DNA from: an uncultured Candidatus Binatia bacterium
Lineage (GTDB): Bacteria > Desulfobacterota > Binatia > UBA9968 > JAJDTQ01
DNA length: 64,000 nucleotides
Assembly (NCBI GenBank): GCA_965213675.1
Contig: OZ243916.1
Coordinates: forward strand, 1,888,001-1,952,000
Direction of reading: 5' to 3'
Part shown: in pieces, positions 28,961 through 38,823 of the stretch
Layout of the letters: the number at the start of each line of letters is the position of its first letter
How positions within the stretch are numbered: position 1 is the stretch's first letter
Notes under the pieces: model-generated
The model's database searches: none
What the model saw: the letters and a program-made list of their open reading frames with translations, nothing else
What the model was told of the DNA's origin: nothing
Position numbers and translations under genes: made by a program

Positions 28961-29839
28961 TCAAAGGCTCTTGATGAACCCCGTCACGGCCTGGTTGAAC
29001 TGCTCGGGCTGTTCCCGGTAACAGAAGTGTCCGGCCTTGTTGATGACGTGGAGTTGCGCGTTCTCGGTGCTGTTGGCGACGTAATCGAAGAGCGTCAAAC
29101 CCCGCTGATACCGGGCCGTGGGGTCGTTGTAGCCCCAAACCACCAGGGTCGGGGTCGTAAGCCGCCCTTCCATCATCCACGCGAGGCACTCCTCCTTGTC
29201 GAGGACTAGATTCGGCATGAAGAGCTTGTCCTTCAGGCCCTCGCCGCTCATCTTGCGCACGGAGTCCTGGTACTTGGGCAGGCTGGCGATCTCCACGGCG
29301 GCGTCGATCCAACCGCCGGTGATGTGCGACGTGCCGTGGGAATAGTGTTCCACCACCCAGCGCTGGCTCTCGCGGCTGAGGTAGGGTTTGGGGCGCCCGG
29401 CCATCACCAGTTCGGTGAGCGACGGACCCGGCGACAGGGTGCCGCTGTCCACGATGATGCAGGACTTGACGATCCCGGGGTGCAGCAGCGTGAGCCGCGC
29501 CACCAGGTATCCGCCACGGGAATGGCCGCAGAGGTGAACGTCCTGGAGGTCCATGGTCTTGAGGAACCCGTGGGCGTGCTCGACTACCGCCGCGGGGGTA
29601 TAGCCATCGTCGGTCTTGGGGTTGCCGGTGTGTCCCTGGCCGAGCTTGTCGACAGCGATCACCCGAAACGACTCGGCCAAGGCGTCGAAGTTGAGTTCCC
29701 AGTCCAGCGCACTGTCGCAGGCATCGGTGGTGCCGAAGTGACTGCCGTGCCACAGCACCAACGGCTCACCCGTGCCCTGTTCGAAGTAGCGTGTGCGCAC
29801 CCCGTCCACGTCGATGAACCTGGCCTCGGTCATTGGCAT
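28961..29839 (-). CDS. Alpha/beta hydrolase (meta-cleavage-product hydrolase-like)
   Basis: DKLGQG, GHSRGG, WGYNDP, AGHFCYRE. Confidence 0.88.
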   Translation of the reverse strand: MPMTEARFIDVDGVRTRYFEQGTGEPLVLWHGSHFGTTDACDSALDWELNFDALAESFRVIAVDKLGQGHTGNPKTDDGYTPAAVVEHAHGFLKTMDLQDVHLCGHSRGGYLVARLTLLHPGIVKSCIIVDSGTLSPGPSLTELVMAGRPKPYLSRESQRWVVEHYSHGTSHITGGWIDAAVEIASLPKYQDSVRKMSGEGLKDKLFMPNLVLDKEECLAWMMEGRLTTPTLVVWGYNDPTARYQRGLTLFDYVANSTENAQLHVINKAGHFCYREQPEQFNQAVTGFIKSL

Positions 29840-29933
29840 GATGGCGCCTCCTGGAGATTGCCTGAAACCGTTTCAATACCTTGCATGCATTCCGCCCGGC
29901 ACTGCCCTTGCGCCATTCCCCGCCGCACCTGGT

Positions 29934-30020
29934 TTCCCGCGTTCGCGGGAATGACGATTCGGGGGGCCGTTGCTTCTCTCGGATGGTGTTTCGACACAGC
30001 CTGTCTCGCGGGAATGACGG
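29934..30020. repeat. Degenerate REP palindromes (GGGAATGAC family)
   Basis: ttcccgcgttcgcgggaatgacg and tctcgcgggaatgacgg. Confidence 0.7.
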
Positions 30021-30035
30021 TTCCGAGCATTGACG

Positions 30036-31226
30036 TCAGCGCTGCAGCGCCATGAACAGGAATACCTTGACGGCCTCGATGACACTCTTGAGCGGAACCA
30101 GGTCGTTGTCCGTGTGCTGGAAGCGGACGGCGCGGGAGCCGTAGTTGACAGTCTCGATGCCGCGGACATTGAGCAGGCCGGTGTCGTTCGCCGCGGTGGA
30201 AAAGCTGTATTCCGGCTCCCGTCCCAACATGGTCCGGATGGCGCCGGCCAAGGCCACCACCACGCCGGCATCCTTGCTCACCTCGCACGGGTACATGAAT
30301 TCTTCCTTTTCCAGCGAGATCTCGTAGGGCTCGATGTCGCCGATGGCATCCGCGACTTGCTGTACGGCGCGGTCGGCGTCGTCGCCGGGCAGCAGCCGCC
30401 GGTCCATGCGAATGCGGCACTCGCCGGGAATGGTATGCGTCGATTTCGGGAAGCTCTCGATATCCGTGGGGGTGAGCGACACCCGGCCCAATTCCGGGTG
30501 GCTCTTGTCCTCGGGATGGGGCATCAACGGCGCGAGCTTCTCAAGCACCTTGACGGCGCCGTCCACGGCGTTGATGCCGTCCCACGGGCGGCTGCTGTGA
30601 GCTTGCCGGCCGCGCACCACGATGCGCACGTCAATGCGCCCCTTGTTGCCCAACTGGATCTCCGGCGGTCCGTCGATGAGGCCCCAGCGCGCATCGATGG
30701 CGCCGCTGGACAGCACGTAATCGAGGGACTCGTGCTTGCCGCTTTCCCCCGCGGTGCTGGTGACGAAGTAGAGATCGCCGGGCAACTCCCAGCCGCTGCG
30801 GGCGATGAGCTTCACCGCGCTCAGCATGGCCGCCAAACTGCCCTTCTGCTCGCACGCGCCGCGACCCCAGCCGCACGGCCCTTCGAGCCCGTAGGGCGCG
30901 CCGTCTACCATTTCCCCGGAATACGGATTCGGCATGGTGCTGGGAGCGGCGTTCATCGCATAGGAGACGAGCACCAGCCCGGAGGCCGAGCCTGAGCCGG
31001 GCAAGCGGGCGATGAGGTTGCCCATGTCGTCGATGGTGGTGTCGACCCCCTCCGCCGCGAGTTCCGGGCGCACCACGTCCCGGATCAACGCGAGCACCTG
31101 CGGCTCCCGCTCCAGCAACTCGGTTTGCGGGCTTGGAGTCTGTAGCAGCGTGACCAGCAGGCGCCGGACCTCGTCTAGGTCGAGCCCTTCCTCGATGCGT
31201 TGTCTGGCTTCGTTGGGGTCCATCAT
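30036..31226 (-). CDS. M20/ArgE-DapE-family amidohydrolase-like protein with non-canonical metal ligands
   Basis: DDMGNLIA, WGRGACEQKG, GRQAHSSRPWDGINAV, dimerisation domain, FQHTDND. Confidence 0.85.
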   Translation of the reverse strand: MMDPNEARQRIEEGLDLDEVRRLLVTLLQTPSPQTELLEREPQVLALIRDVVRPELAAEGVDTTIDDMGNLIARLPGSGSASGLVLVSYAMNAAPSTMPNPYSGEMVDGAPYGLEGPCGWGRGACEQKGSLAAMLSAVKLIARSGWELPGDLYFVTSTAGESGKHESLDYVLSSGAIDARWGLIDGPPEIQLGNKGRIDVRIVVRGRQAHSSRPWDGINAVDGAVKVLEKLAPLMPHPEDKSHPELGRVSLTPTDIESFPKSTHTIPGECRIRMDRRLLPGDDADRAVQQVADAIGDIEPYEISLEKEEFMYPCEVSKDAGVVVALAGAIRTMLGREPEYSFSTAANDTGLLNVRGIETVNYGSRAVRFQHTDNDLVPLKSVIEAVKVFLFMALQR

Positions 31227-31242
31227 GTGTGTTCCGGAACGG

Positions 31243-31333
31243 GCATCCTTCGACTTCGCTTCGCTCAGGACGAACGGTTGCGGGATTCCTTCCCGTTCGT
31301 CCTGCGCATAGCGGAGCGAAATTGAAGGACGCC
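31243..31333. repeat. Palindromic REP-like element (CTCAGGACGAACGG family)
   Basis: ccttcgacttcgcttcgctcaggacgaacgg ... ccgttcgtcctgcgcatagcggagcgaaattgaagg inverted pair. Confidence 0.75.
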
Positions 31334-31363
31334 GTGTTCAAAAGCGCAATCGATCGGAGCTCC

Positions 31364-32341
31364 CTACATCTCCACCTCGGTGCCCACGCCCCGCTCGACA
31401 GCGCGCCGGTGGACAAGGCTCGCCGCGGCCACGTCCTGGACCGCGATGCCCACCGATTTGTACATCGTGATCTCATCCTCACTCGTGCGGCCGGGCTTGG
31501 CGCCGGCGAGCACCTCGCCGATCTCGCCGCGCACGTGATTCGGCGCGATGGCGCCTTCCTTGATCGCCAGCAGGATGTCGCCGCACTCGGTATTGATGGC
31601 GTCCACGGAGTCCACGAACACCGTGGACATTTGAACCGTGTCGCCGCCCATCTCCCGGGCCCCGGGCCGGTGCGAACCGACGGCGTTGATGTGGGCGCCG
31701 GGCTTGAGCCAGCCGGCGTTCAGGATGGGCTCGGCCGAGTCGGTCACCGCGGTGAGGATGTCCGCCCCGCGCACCACCGCCTCGGCGGATTCCTGCGGCT
31801 CGATGGGGAGGCCCAACTCGTCCTGCAATTCTTCCTTCACGTAGATGGCATTGACGCGGGACGGGCTCCAGATGAGGACCCGTTCGATGGAACGCACCCG
31901 GCTCAGCGCCCGGATGTGGGTGCGCGCCTGGGTGCCGGCGCCGAGGATCCCCAGCACCGGCGTGTCCACGCGCGCCAGCGCCTTCGTGGCCATGGCGGAA
32001 GCGCAGGCCGTACGAATGGCGGTGATGTAAACGCCATCCATCAACACTTCGATGTTGCCGGTCTCGGCGCTGTAAAGCGAGATGCTGGCCAGGATCGGCG
32101 GCAGTCCCTGTTTCGGGTTGTCGCGGAAGTAGGAGATGATCTTGATCCCCAGCGCCCTCGCCTCGCTCATGTACGCCGGCATGCTCGTGATGCGTCCCTG
32201 AATCTCGGGCAACGGCACCACCAAGCGCACGGGCATCACCACCCGGCCCGCCGAGAACTGAACGTGCGCCTGTTCCAGCGCGCCGATCAACTCGTCAAGG
32301 TCGAGCAACTCCTCTACCTGCTTCTTCGAAATCACCAGCAT
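31364..32341 (-). CDS. Ornithine cyclodeaminase/mu-crystallin family protein
   Basis: TAIRTAC, ILGAGTQA, HINAVGS, YKSVGIAVQD. Confidence 0.93.
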   Translation of the reverse strand: MLVISKKQVEELLDLDELIGALEQAHVQFSAGRVVMPVRLVVPLPEIQGRITSMPAYMSEARALGIKIISYFRDNPKQGLPPILASISLYSAETGNIEVLMDGVYITAIRTACASAMATKALARVDTPVLGILGAGTQARTHIRALSRVRSIERVLIWSPSRVNAIYVKEELQDELGLPIEPQESAEAVVRGADILTAVTDSAEPILNAGWLKPGAHINAVGSHRPGAREMGGDTVQMSTVFVDSVDAINTECGDILLAIKEGAIAPNHVRGEIGEVLAGAKPGRTSEDEITMYKSVGIAVQDVAAASLVHRRAVERGVGTEVEM

Positions 32342-32438
32342 GATGTTGTCCTGTGTCAACGATGCCCGCGTCAACGACAGGGTGATCCCACGCTGACCGA
32401 GCGTCCGCGTCGAGGGCCGGATGGGGTTCGTTCCTGTA

Positions 32439-32576
32439 CCAGGAGCTTGCGCCGCAATTTTGCGCCGCAATTACCGGGACCGAACGACTGTGACCGAATG
32501 ATTGTGACTGAACGATCTCCCGTAGCGGCGACCGGCCGGTCGCCGCTACCCTGGATCGGATCCGACAGGCTCCTGG
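32439..32576. repeat. Composite element with MITE-2-like ends, 13-bp and 14-bp tandem repeats and a nested GTAG REP
   Basis: ccaggagcttg...caggctcctgg; ttgcgccgcaatt x2; gac(c/t)gaa(c/t)ga x3 at a 14-bp period; gtagcggcgaccggccggtcgccgctac. Confidence 0.7.
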
Positions 32577-32735
32577 AAATGGACATAACCGGCCGTGCCG
32601 TCGAATGCAACAATGCGCCGATGTCGTCCAGTGCCGGGGGAGATCGAGAGACTCCCGGAAAGACGGCGAGCGTTTCCCTTGTGCCGCCGCTGGTGTATTC
32701 TGACGCCGTGCCCAGTCCGACCTCGAGGAGACGAC

Positions 32736-33764
32736 ATGAAACAGGAACGGATCACCGATTCCATCGACCAGCTCAACCGGGACATGGCCGGGAAGAGTCT
32801 CGAAGGCCATTGGAGCCTGGGATTGGAGGACCTGCCGCCCTACCCCGTCACTCAGGTGCAGCCATACCTTTGGCGCTGGGAGGACGTGCACGAAAGCATG
32901 ATTCGGGCCGGGGACGTGGTGAACCTGGACGACGCGGAGCGCCGCACCATCAGGCTCCTCAACCCGGGCATCCCCGGCGGCCATGGGACCACCCACACCA
33001 TTCACTTTTCGTTCCAGTACGTGAAACACGGCGAGTACGCACGCACGCACCGTCACACCGCCGCAGCCTTCCGCTTCGTGCTGCAAGGCCGGGACGCCTA
33101 CACCACGGTCAACGGCCAGAAGTGCGTGATGGAAGAAGGCGACCTGATCCTGACGCCCCAACTCACGTGGCATGACCACGTCAACGACTCCGGCGCGCCC
33201 ATCATCTGGCTCGATGGACTCGACATTCCGCTCACGCAGGCGCTGCACCAACTCTATTTCGAGCCCTACCATCAGGAACAACAGAGCGCCGAGGCCACCA
33301 GCGAGGAAACCGCGGGTTTCTACGGCCACGCGCGCCCCGCCATGAAGCCGCCACGGCAGTTCTTCCATTACAAGTGGGCCGACACCGCCCGCAGCCTCGA
33401 ACGGCTCCGGCACAACAAGGCCGGCCGGGACCCCTACGACGGCTACCTGCTGGAGTTCCTGAACCCCGTCACCGGCGGCCCCACCATGCCCACGGTCCAG
33501 TGCGCCGTTCAACTCCTGGAACCCGGTCATGAAACCCTGCCCCACCGCCATACGAGCACCGTGATCTACCACGCCTACCGCGGCCAGGGCACGACCATCA
33601 TTGGCGGCCAGGTCTTCGAATGGCGCCAAGGCGATTCCTTCGTCGTGCCGTTATGGAACCAGCACGCCCACGCCAACACGTCCGCCGACAGCGACGCCAT
33701 CCTGCTGTCCATGAGCGACGCCCCGGTGGTGAAGGCCCTGGACTTGTACCAGGAGGCGAACTGA
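32736..33764 (+). CDS. Gentisate 1,2-dioxygenase-like cupin
   Basis: AERRTIRLLNPG, HRHTAAAFRF, TWHDH, WLDGLDIP, NPVTGGPTMPT, HRHTS. Confidence 0.9.
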   Translation: MKQERITDSIDQLNRDMAGKSLEGHWSLGLEDLPPYPVTQVQPYLWRWEDVHESMIRAGDVVNLDDAERRTIRLLNPGIPGGHGTTHTIHFSFQYVKHGEYARTHRHTAAAFRFVLQGRDAYTTVNGQKCVMEEGDLILTPQLTWHDHVNDSGAPIIWLDGLDIPLTQALHQLYFEPYHQEQQSAEATSEETAGFYGHARPAMKPPRQFFHYKWADTARSLERLRHNKAGRDPYDGYLLEFLNPVTGGPTMPTVQCAVQLLEPGHETLPHRHTSTVIYHAYRGQGTTIIGGQVFEWRQGDSFVVPLWNQHAHANTSADSDAILLSMSDAPVVKALDLYQEAN

Positions 33765-33858
33765 AACGTCCGGGGGCCGCTCTTTCATCGAAACGTACGC
33801 GACGGAGCGGCTCCCAGATCTGCCGGACTTCCGCCCAATCCCTCGCAGGATGTGCACC

Positions 33859-33961
33859 GAATCATCGGTTTATAATACGCCAAATCCCCGGTTGTAATTC
33901 CGCCAAACCACCGGTTGATAATACGCCAAATCACCGGTTATACTTCCGCTGAATCACCGGT
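33859..33961 (+). repeat. 4.5 tandem copies of a 23-bp iteron-like unit
   Basis: gaatcatcggtttataatacgcc / aaatccccggttgtaattccgcc / aaaccaccggttgataatacgcc / aaatcaccggttatacttccgct / gaatcaccggt. Confidence 0.9.
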
Positions 33962-34026
33962 CACGCGACTCGCGGCAGACACGGGCAAGGTGTTCCCGTG
34001 AACCGTCCACTGGCCGGGCTCGAACC

Positions 34027-35283
34027 ATGGCCTACATCCCGCGTATCGTTGACGCCGAACTGGCGGAACTGTTGAACGCCACCGGGGCCGTCCTGGTGGA
34101 GGGTCCCAAGGCTTCAGGCAAGACCGCCACCGCCATGCAGGCGTCGCAGAGCCAGGTATTGCTGGACATCGACATCAACGCGCGGCGCATGGCCGGCGCC
34201 GACCCCACGGCCCTCCTGGATGGCGCGGCGCCGCGACTGATCGATGAATGGCAACTGGAACCCGCCATCTGGAACCATGTCCGCAGGGAAGTGGACCGGC
34301 GCGCCGCACCCGGCCAGTTCATCCTCACGGGCTCCGCCGTTCCCGCCGACGACATCACCCGCCACACCGGCGCCGGCCGCTTCACCCGGCTGCGCATGCG
34401 CCCGCTGTCGTTGTACGAGATGGGACGTTCCACCGGGAACATCTCGCTTGAAGCTCTTATGGGCGGCAATCCGCAACGAGCGCCCCAAACCGGTTTGCCG
34501 GTCCGAGGCGTCGCCGAGTTGCTGTGCGCCGGGGGCTGGCCGGGCAACATCGGCAAGACGCTGCCGCAGACGATGCGCGCAAACCGCGGCTACCTCGACG
34601 AAGTCCGGCGCACCGACATATCGAGAGTCACCGGCAAGGCCCGCGACCCCGACAAGGTCGGCCGTCTTCTGCGTTCGCTCGCGCGCAACGTCGCCACGCC
34701 CGTGGCCATGTCGAGGCTGGCCGCGGACGTGGGCGACGACGGCCGGCCCCTGCGCGCCGACACGGTCGCCGAGTATCTCGACGCCCTCCACCGGCTCATG
34801 ATCCTGGAGAACCTACCGGCGTGGTCACCGCGCCTTCGCTCGCGCACGACGCTCCGGGGCACGCCGATCAGACACTTTGTGGATCCGTCTCTGGCCGTCG
34901 CGGCCTTGCGGGCCACGCCAGCGCGTCTGATGGCCGACCTTGAGTTTCTCGGTCTCCTTTTCGAGTCCATGGTCATCCGCGACCTCCGCGTATACGCGCA
35001 GGCGGTGGACGCACGGGTGTCCCACTACCGGGAGAAGGAAGGTCTGGAGGTGGACGCGGTGGTGGAGACGGCGGACGGACGGTGGGCGGCGTTCGAGGTC
35101 AAGCTGGGCGAACGATGGGTCGAAGACGGCGCCAGGAACCTCCGCAAACTCGCCCAGCGCATGGAGCACAGCGACCATGACAGGCCGTCGGCGCTCGCGG
35201 TCATCGTACCGAACGGATACGGGTACGCGGGTTACGACGGCCACGATGTAGGGGTGATCCCCATCGGCGCACTCGGGCCGTGA
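34027..35283 (+). CDS. AAA_14 ATPase with DUF4143 (wHTH plus PD-(D/E)xK-like C-terminus)
   Basis: YIPRIVD, GPKASGKT, LIDEWQ, FILTGS, GGWP, HFVDPSLA, EVDAVVE...FEVK. Confidence 0.92.
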   Translation: MAYIPRIVDAELAELLNATGAVLVEGPKASGKTATAMQASQSQVLLDIDINARRMAGADPTALLDGAAPRLIDEWQLEPAIWNHVRREVDRRAAPGQFILTGSAVPADDITRHTGAGRFTRLRMRPLSLYEMGRSTGNISLEALMGGNPQRAPQTGLPVRGVAELLCAGGWPGNIGKTLPQTMRANRGYLDEVRRTDISRVTGKARDPDKVGRLLRSLARNVATPVAMSRLAADVGDDGRPLRADTVAEYLDALHRLMILENLPAWSPRLRSRTTLRGTPIRHFVDPSLAVAALRATPARLMADLEFLGLLFESMVIRDLRVYAQAVDARVSHYREKEGLEVDAVVETADGRWAAFEVKLGERWVEDGARNLRKLAQRMEHSDHDRPSALAVIVPNGYGYAGYDGHDVGVIPIGALGP

Positions 35284-35340
35284 GCCGCCCGCGCGGTCTC
35301 GAAGCCTTGGCGCTTGGCTCAGCGCCGGATTGAAACGAAT

Positions 35341-35370
35341 TTGACGATACACACATGTTCCCGCTATGTT
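35341..35370 (+). promoter_or_regulatory. Putative sigma70 promoter
   Basis: TTGACG-N18-TATGTT upstream of the ABC binding-protein gene. Confidence 0.5.
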
Positions 35371-35398
35371 CGCGGAACTCTGAAAAGGGGGCATTCGA

Positions 35399-36571
35399 AT
35401 GCGCAAGACAATCAGAATGATCGTAACGTCGCTCACTGCGGCGCTCTTGATCGGCATACCGGCCACGCTGGCGGCCCAGGTAAAGATCGGCATGATCACC
35501 ACGCTGTCCGGCGGCGGAAGCGCCCTCGGCGTGGACGTACGCGACGGTTTCAAGCTGGCCGTGGACCAAGGAGGCGGCAAGCTCGGCGGCACGGCGGTGG
35601 AGCTGCTGGTGGAGGACGACGCGCGCAAGTCGGGCAAGGCGCTGCAGGTGGCCAACCGCTTCATGAAGCGCGACAAGGTCGACGTCATGACCGGTATCAT
35701 CTGGTCCAACCTCGCCATCGCGGTGGTGCCCAAGGTGGTGGAGGCCGGAATCTTCTACATCAGCCCCAACGCCGGGCCGTCGCTTCTGGCGGGCGAGAAA
35801 TGCCATCCCAACTACTTCAACGTGGCATGGCAGAACGATAACCTGCACGAGGCCATGGGCCAATACGTGGCACGGAAAGGCTTCAAGAACGCCTACATCC
35901 TGGCGCCCAACTACCCCGCGGGTAAGGACGCCCTGCGCGGCTTCAAGCGCTTCTACAAGGGCAAGCTGGCCGGCGAGGTCTACACCAAGCTGGGTCAGAC
36001 GGACTACGCCGCGGAGATTGCGGCGTTGCGTGCGGCCAACCCGGACGCGGTGTTCTTCTTCCTGCCCGGCGGCATGGGCATCAGCTTCATCAAGCAATAC
36101 CATCAGGCGGGGCTGACCGGGAAGACTCCGCTGTTCGGTCCGGCGTTCTCCTTCGATCAGACCATCCTCGGGGCGGTGGGCGACGCCGCGCTGGGCGTGA
36201 TCAACTCGTCCCAGTGGAACAAGGATATCGACAACGCCGCCAACAGGGCCTTCGTGGCCGGTTTCCAAAAAGCCCACAACCGGCTCCCGTCGCTGTACGC
36301 CAGCCAGGGCTATGACGCGGCGCAACTGATCGGCGCGGCGCTCGAGAGCACCGGCGGCAAGGTCGACGACAAGGACGCCTTTCGCGCGGCCCTGCGCACG
36401 GCCGACTTTCAGTCGGTGCGCGGAAATTTCCGGTTCGGGCCCAATCACCATCCGGTGCAGGACATCCACGTCCGCGAGGTGGTGCGCGAAGGGGGGGTGC
36501 TGACCAACAAGACCGTCGGCAAGGCTTTCTCGGACCACGCGGACGCCTACGCCGGCCAGTGCAAGATGTAG
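35399..36571 (+). CDS. Branched-chain-type (aromatic acid) ABC transporter substrate-binding protein
   Basis: Signal peptide; KIGMITTLSG, SPNAGPS, APNYPAG, YASQGYDAA. Confidence 0.9.
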   Translation: MRKTIRMIVTSLTAALLIGIPATLAAQVKIGMITTLSGGGSALGVDVRDGFKLAVDQGGGKLGGTAVELLVEDDARKSGKALQVANRFMKRDKVDVMTGIIWSNLAIAVVPKVVEAGIFYISPNAGPSLLAGEKCHPNYFNVAWQNDNLHEAMGQYVARKGFKNAYILAPNYPAGKDALRGFKRFYKGKLAGEVYTKLGQTDYAAEIAALRAANPDAVFFFLPGGMGISFIKQYHQAGLTGKTPLFGPAFSFDQTILGAVGDAALGVINSSQWNKDIDNAANRAFVAGFQKAHNRLPSLYASQGYDAAQLIGAALESTGGKVDDKDAFRAALRTADFQSVRGNFRFGPNHHPVQDIHVREVVREGGVLTNKTVGKAFSDHADAYAGQCKM

Positions 36572-36722
36572 CGGCCCGCCATCGGCCCGGTGTCCCAGCT
36601 CCGACTGCCAGCCGGGACACCGGCAGTCCATACACCGCCCCCGCCTGTGGTTCCGGGCTTGAATCGGAACTTTCCGGGTCAAGCCCGGAATCCCGGCGGG
36701 AGGCCAGCCAGTCTCGCGACCC

Positions 36723-37652
36723 ATGCCCATCCTTCTCGTCCTCGAGCAGGTGCTGAACGGCCTCCAGTTCGGGGTCATGCTCTTCCTCATGGCCTCCGGG
36801 CTGACCCTGGTGTTCGGCATCATGGGGATGATCAACCTGGCCCACGGTTCGCTATACATGGTTGGCGCGTACGTGTGCGCCACCGTGTACCAACTCACCG
36901 GGTCCTTTCTGCTGGCCCTGATGGTCACGTTGTGCGCCTCGGCGGCGGTGGGCATGGCGGTGGAGCGGGTGGCGCTGCGTACACTCTACAGACGCGACCA
37001 CCTGGACCAAGTCCTCGCCACCTTTGGACTGATCCTCTTCTTCAACGAGTTGACCAAGATCATCTGGGGCCCGCGCGCGCTGTTTCTTGACGTTCCCGCG
37101 GCACTCTCGGGGTCGGTGCAGATCATTCCCGGCGTGGACTACCCACTGTACCGGCTGGCCATCATCGTCGTGGGGGGACTGGTGGCCTTCTCGCTGTACT
37201 GGCTCATCGTGCGCACGCGCATGGGCATGATGATCCGCGCCAGCGCCAGCAACCAGGAGATCATTGGCGCGCTGGGCGTCAACGTGCCCCTCCTGTACAC
37301 GCTGGTGTTCGGGCTCGGCGCGCTCCTGGCCGGACTCGCCGGGGCCATGGCCGGCCCGGTATGGGCCGTGGAGGTCGGCATGGGCGAGAACATCCTCATC
37401 CTGACCTTCGTCGTGATTGTCATCGGCGGCATCGGCTCCGTGCGCGGCGCGCTCGTCGGTTCCATTCTGGTGGGGTTCATCGACATCATGGGCCGGGCCT
37501 TCCTGCCGGCCTCCCTGCGGCTCGTTTTCGATCCCGCCACCGCCAACGGCGTCGGCGCGTCCCTGTCCTCCATGTCCATCTACATCTTCATGGCCGCCAT
37601 CCTGGTATGGCGGCCCCGCGGCCTGCTGCCGGTGTATGGCGGTTACCGGTGA
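36723..37652 (+). CDS. LivH-like ABC permease
   Basis: QVLNGL, GLTLVFG...NLAHG, IGGIGS. Confidence 0.9.
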   Translation: MPILLVLEQVLNGLQFGVMLFLMASGLTLVFGIMGMINLAHGSLYMVGAYVCATVYQLTGSFLLALMVTLCASAAVGMAVERVALRTLYRRDHLDQVLATFGLILFFNELTKIIWGPRALFLDVPAALSGSVQIIPGVDYPLYRLAIIVVGGLVAFSLYWLIVRTRMGMMIRASASNQEIIGALGVNVPLLYTLVFGLGALLAGLAGAMAGPVWAVEVGMGENILILTFVVIVIGGIGSVRGALVGSILVGFIDIMGRAFLPASLRLVFDPATANGVGASLSSMSIYIFMAAILVWRPRGLLPVYGGYR

Positions 37653-37773
37653 TGCGCGGCGCGCACATCGCTTCAGGACTCCCTTCACTTGGGAAGCCAA
37701 GCCAAGGATGCCCGCGGTTCGGCGGCCACCGCGAAGACTTCCGAACCCCGGCTTGGGAGCGCCGGCCTTTCTC

Positions 37774-38823
37774 ATGCAGGATTCACTCGAAACGGCCACG
37801 CATTCCCGTTCGGTAGCCGCGGGTGGAACTGGCGGCTACCGGCGTTGGACGAAAGCCGCGCTCGCCAGCCTCATCGCCGCCGCGCTGCTCGTACTGCCGC
37901 CCGTGGCGGAGTCGCTGGACGAGTCCTTCCTCATCGGATTGGTGACCCGCATCCTGATCTTTGCCCTGGCGGCGGCAAGCCTGGACCTTATCCTGGGTTT
38001 CGGCGGCATGGTCAGCTTCGGCCACTCCGCCTACTTCGGCGCCGGCGCCTACGTGGTCGCCATCCTGTCCTTCCATGGAACCGGCGGCGCGGGCCCGGCG
38101 TGGCCATTTACCCTCCCGTGGTTCGAGAACACCCTGGTGGTCTGGCCGTTGGCTACAGCGACCGCCGCGCTGCTGGCCCTTTTCATCGGCGCCGTCAGTC
38201 TGCGCACCAGCGGAATGTACTTCATCATGATCACGTTGGCGTTCGCGCAGATGCTCTACTACTTTTTCGTGTCGTTGGAGGTCTACGGCGGCGACGACGG
38301 ACTGAGCATCGCCCAGCGGAACCGACTTCCGGGCCTCGCTCTGGAAAACGAGCCCGCGTTCTACTACGTGTGCCTGCTCATCCTGGCCGCCTTCCTGTTC
38401 CTGGGCCGGCGGCTGGTGCGCTCCCGTTTCGGCATGGTGCTGCAAGGGTGCAAGGAGAACGAGGAGCGGATGTATGCCCTCGGCTTCCCCGTCTACCGCT
38501 ACAAGCTCACGGCCTTCGTCCTGGCCGGCGCCGCGGCGGGTCTCGCAGGCGCGCTCATGGCCAACTACATGGGGTTCGTGGACCCCGCGCTGATGCACTG
38601 GACCGTCTCGGGCGAGATCATGGTGATGGTCATCCTCGGCGGCATGGGCACGTTGGCCGGACCGGTCATCGGCGCCGCGGCGCTGCTCCTCATGGAGGAG
38701 GTGCTGTCGGCGTACATGGAACATTGGATGATCATTTTGGGGCCGGTGCTGGTCCTGGTGGTGCTTTTCGCCCGCCGCGGCATCTGGGGCTGGTTCGAGG
38801 AAGAGAAAAACGGCCATGACTGA
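37774..38823 (+). CDS. LivM-like ABC permease (start uncertain)
   Basis: GMVSFGH, YFIMITLAFAQM, GGDDG, LGGMGT. Confidence 0.88.
   Translation: MQDSLETATHSRSVAAGGTGGYRRWTKAALASLIAAALLVLPPVAESLDESFLIGLVTRILIFALAAASLDLILGFGGMVSFGHSAYFGAGAYVVAILSFHGTGGAGPAWPFTLPWFENTLVVWPLATATAALLALFIGAVSLRTSGMYFIMITLAFAQMLYYFFVSLEVYGGDDGLSIAQRNRLPGLALENEPAFYYVCLLILAAFLFLGRRLVRSRFGMVLQGCKENEERMYALGFPVYRYKLTAFVLAGAAAGLAGALMANYMGFVDPALMHWTVSGEIMVMVILGGMGTLAGPVIGAAALLLMEEVLSAYMEHWMIILGPVLVLVVLFARRGIWGWFEEEKNGHD

Noticed and set aside
33859-33961. Possible CRISPR array
   Set aside because: Units are directly tandem with no unique spacers, and there are no cas genes in the window.
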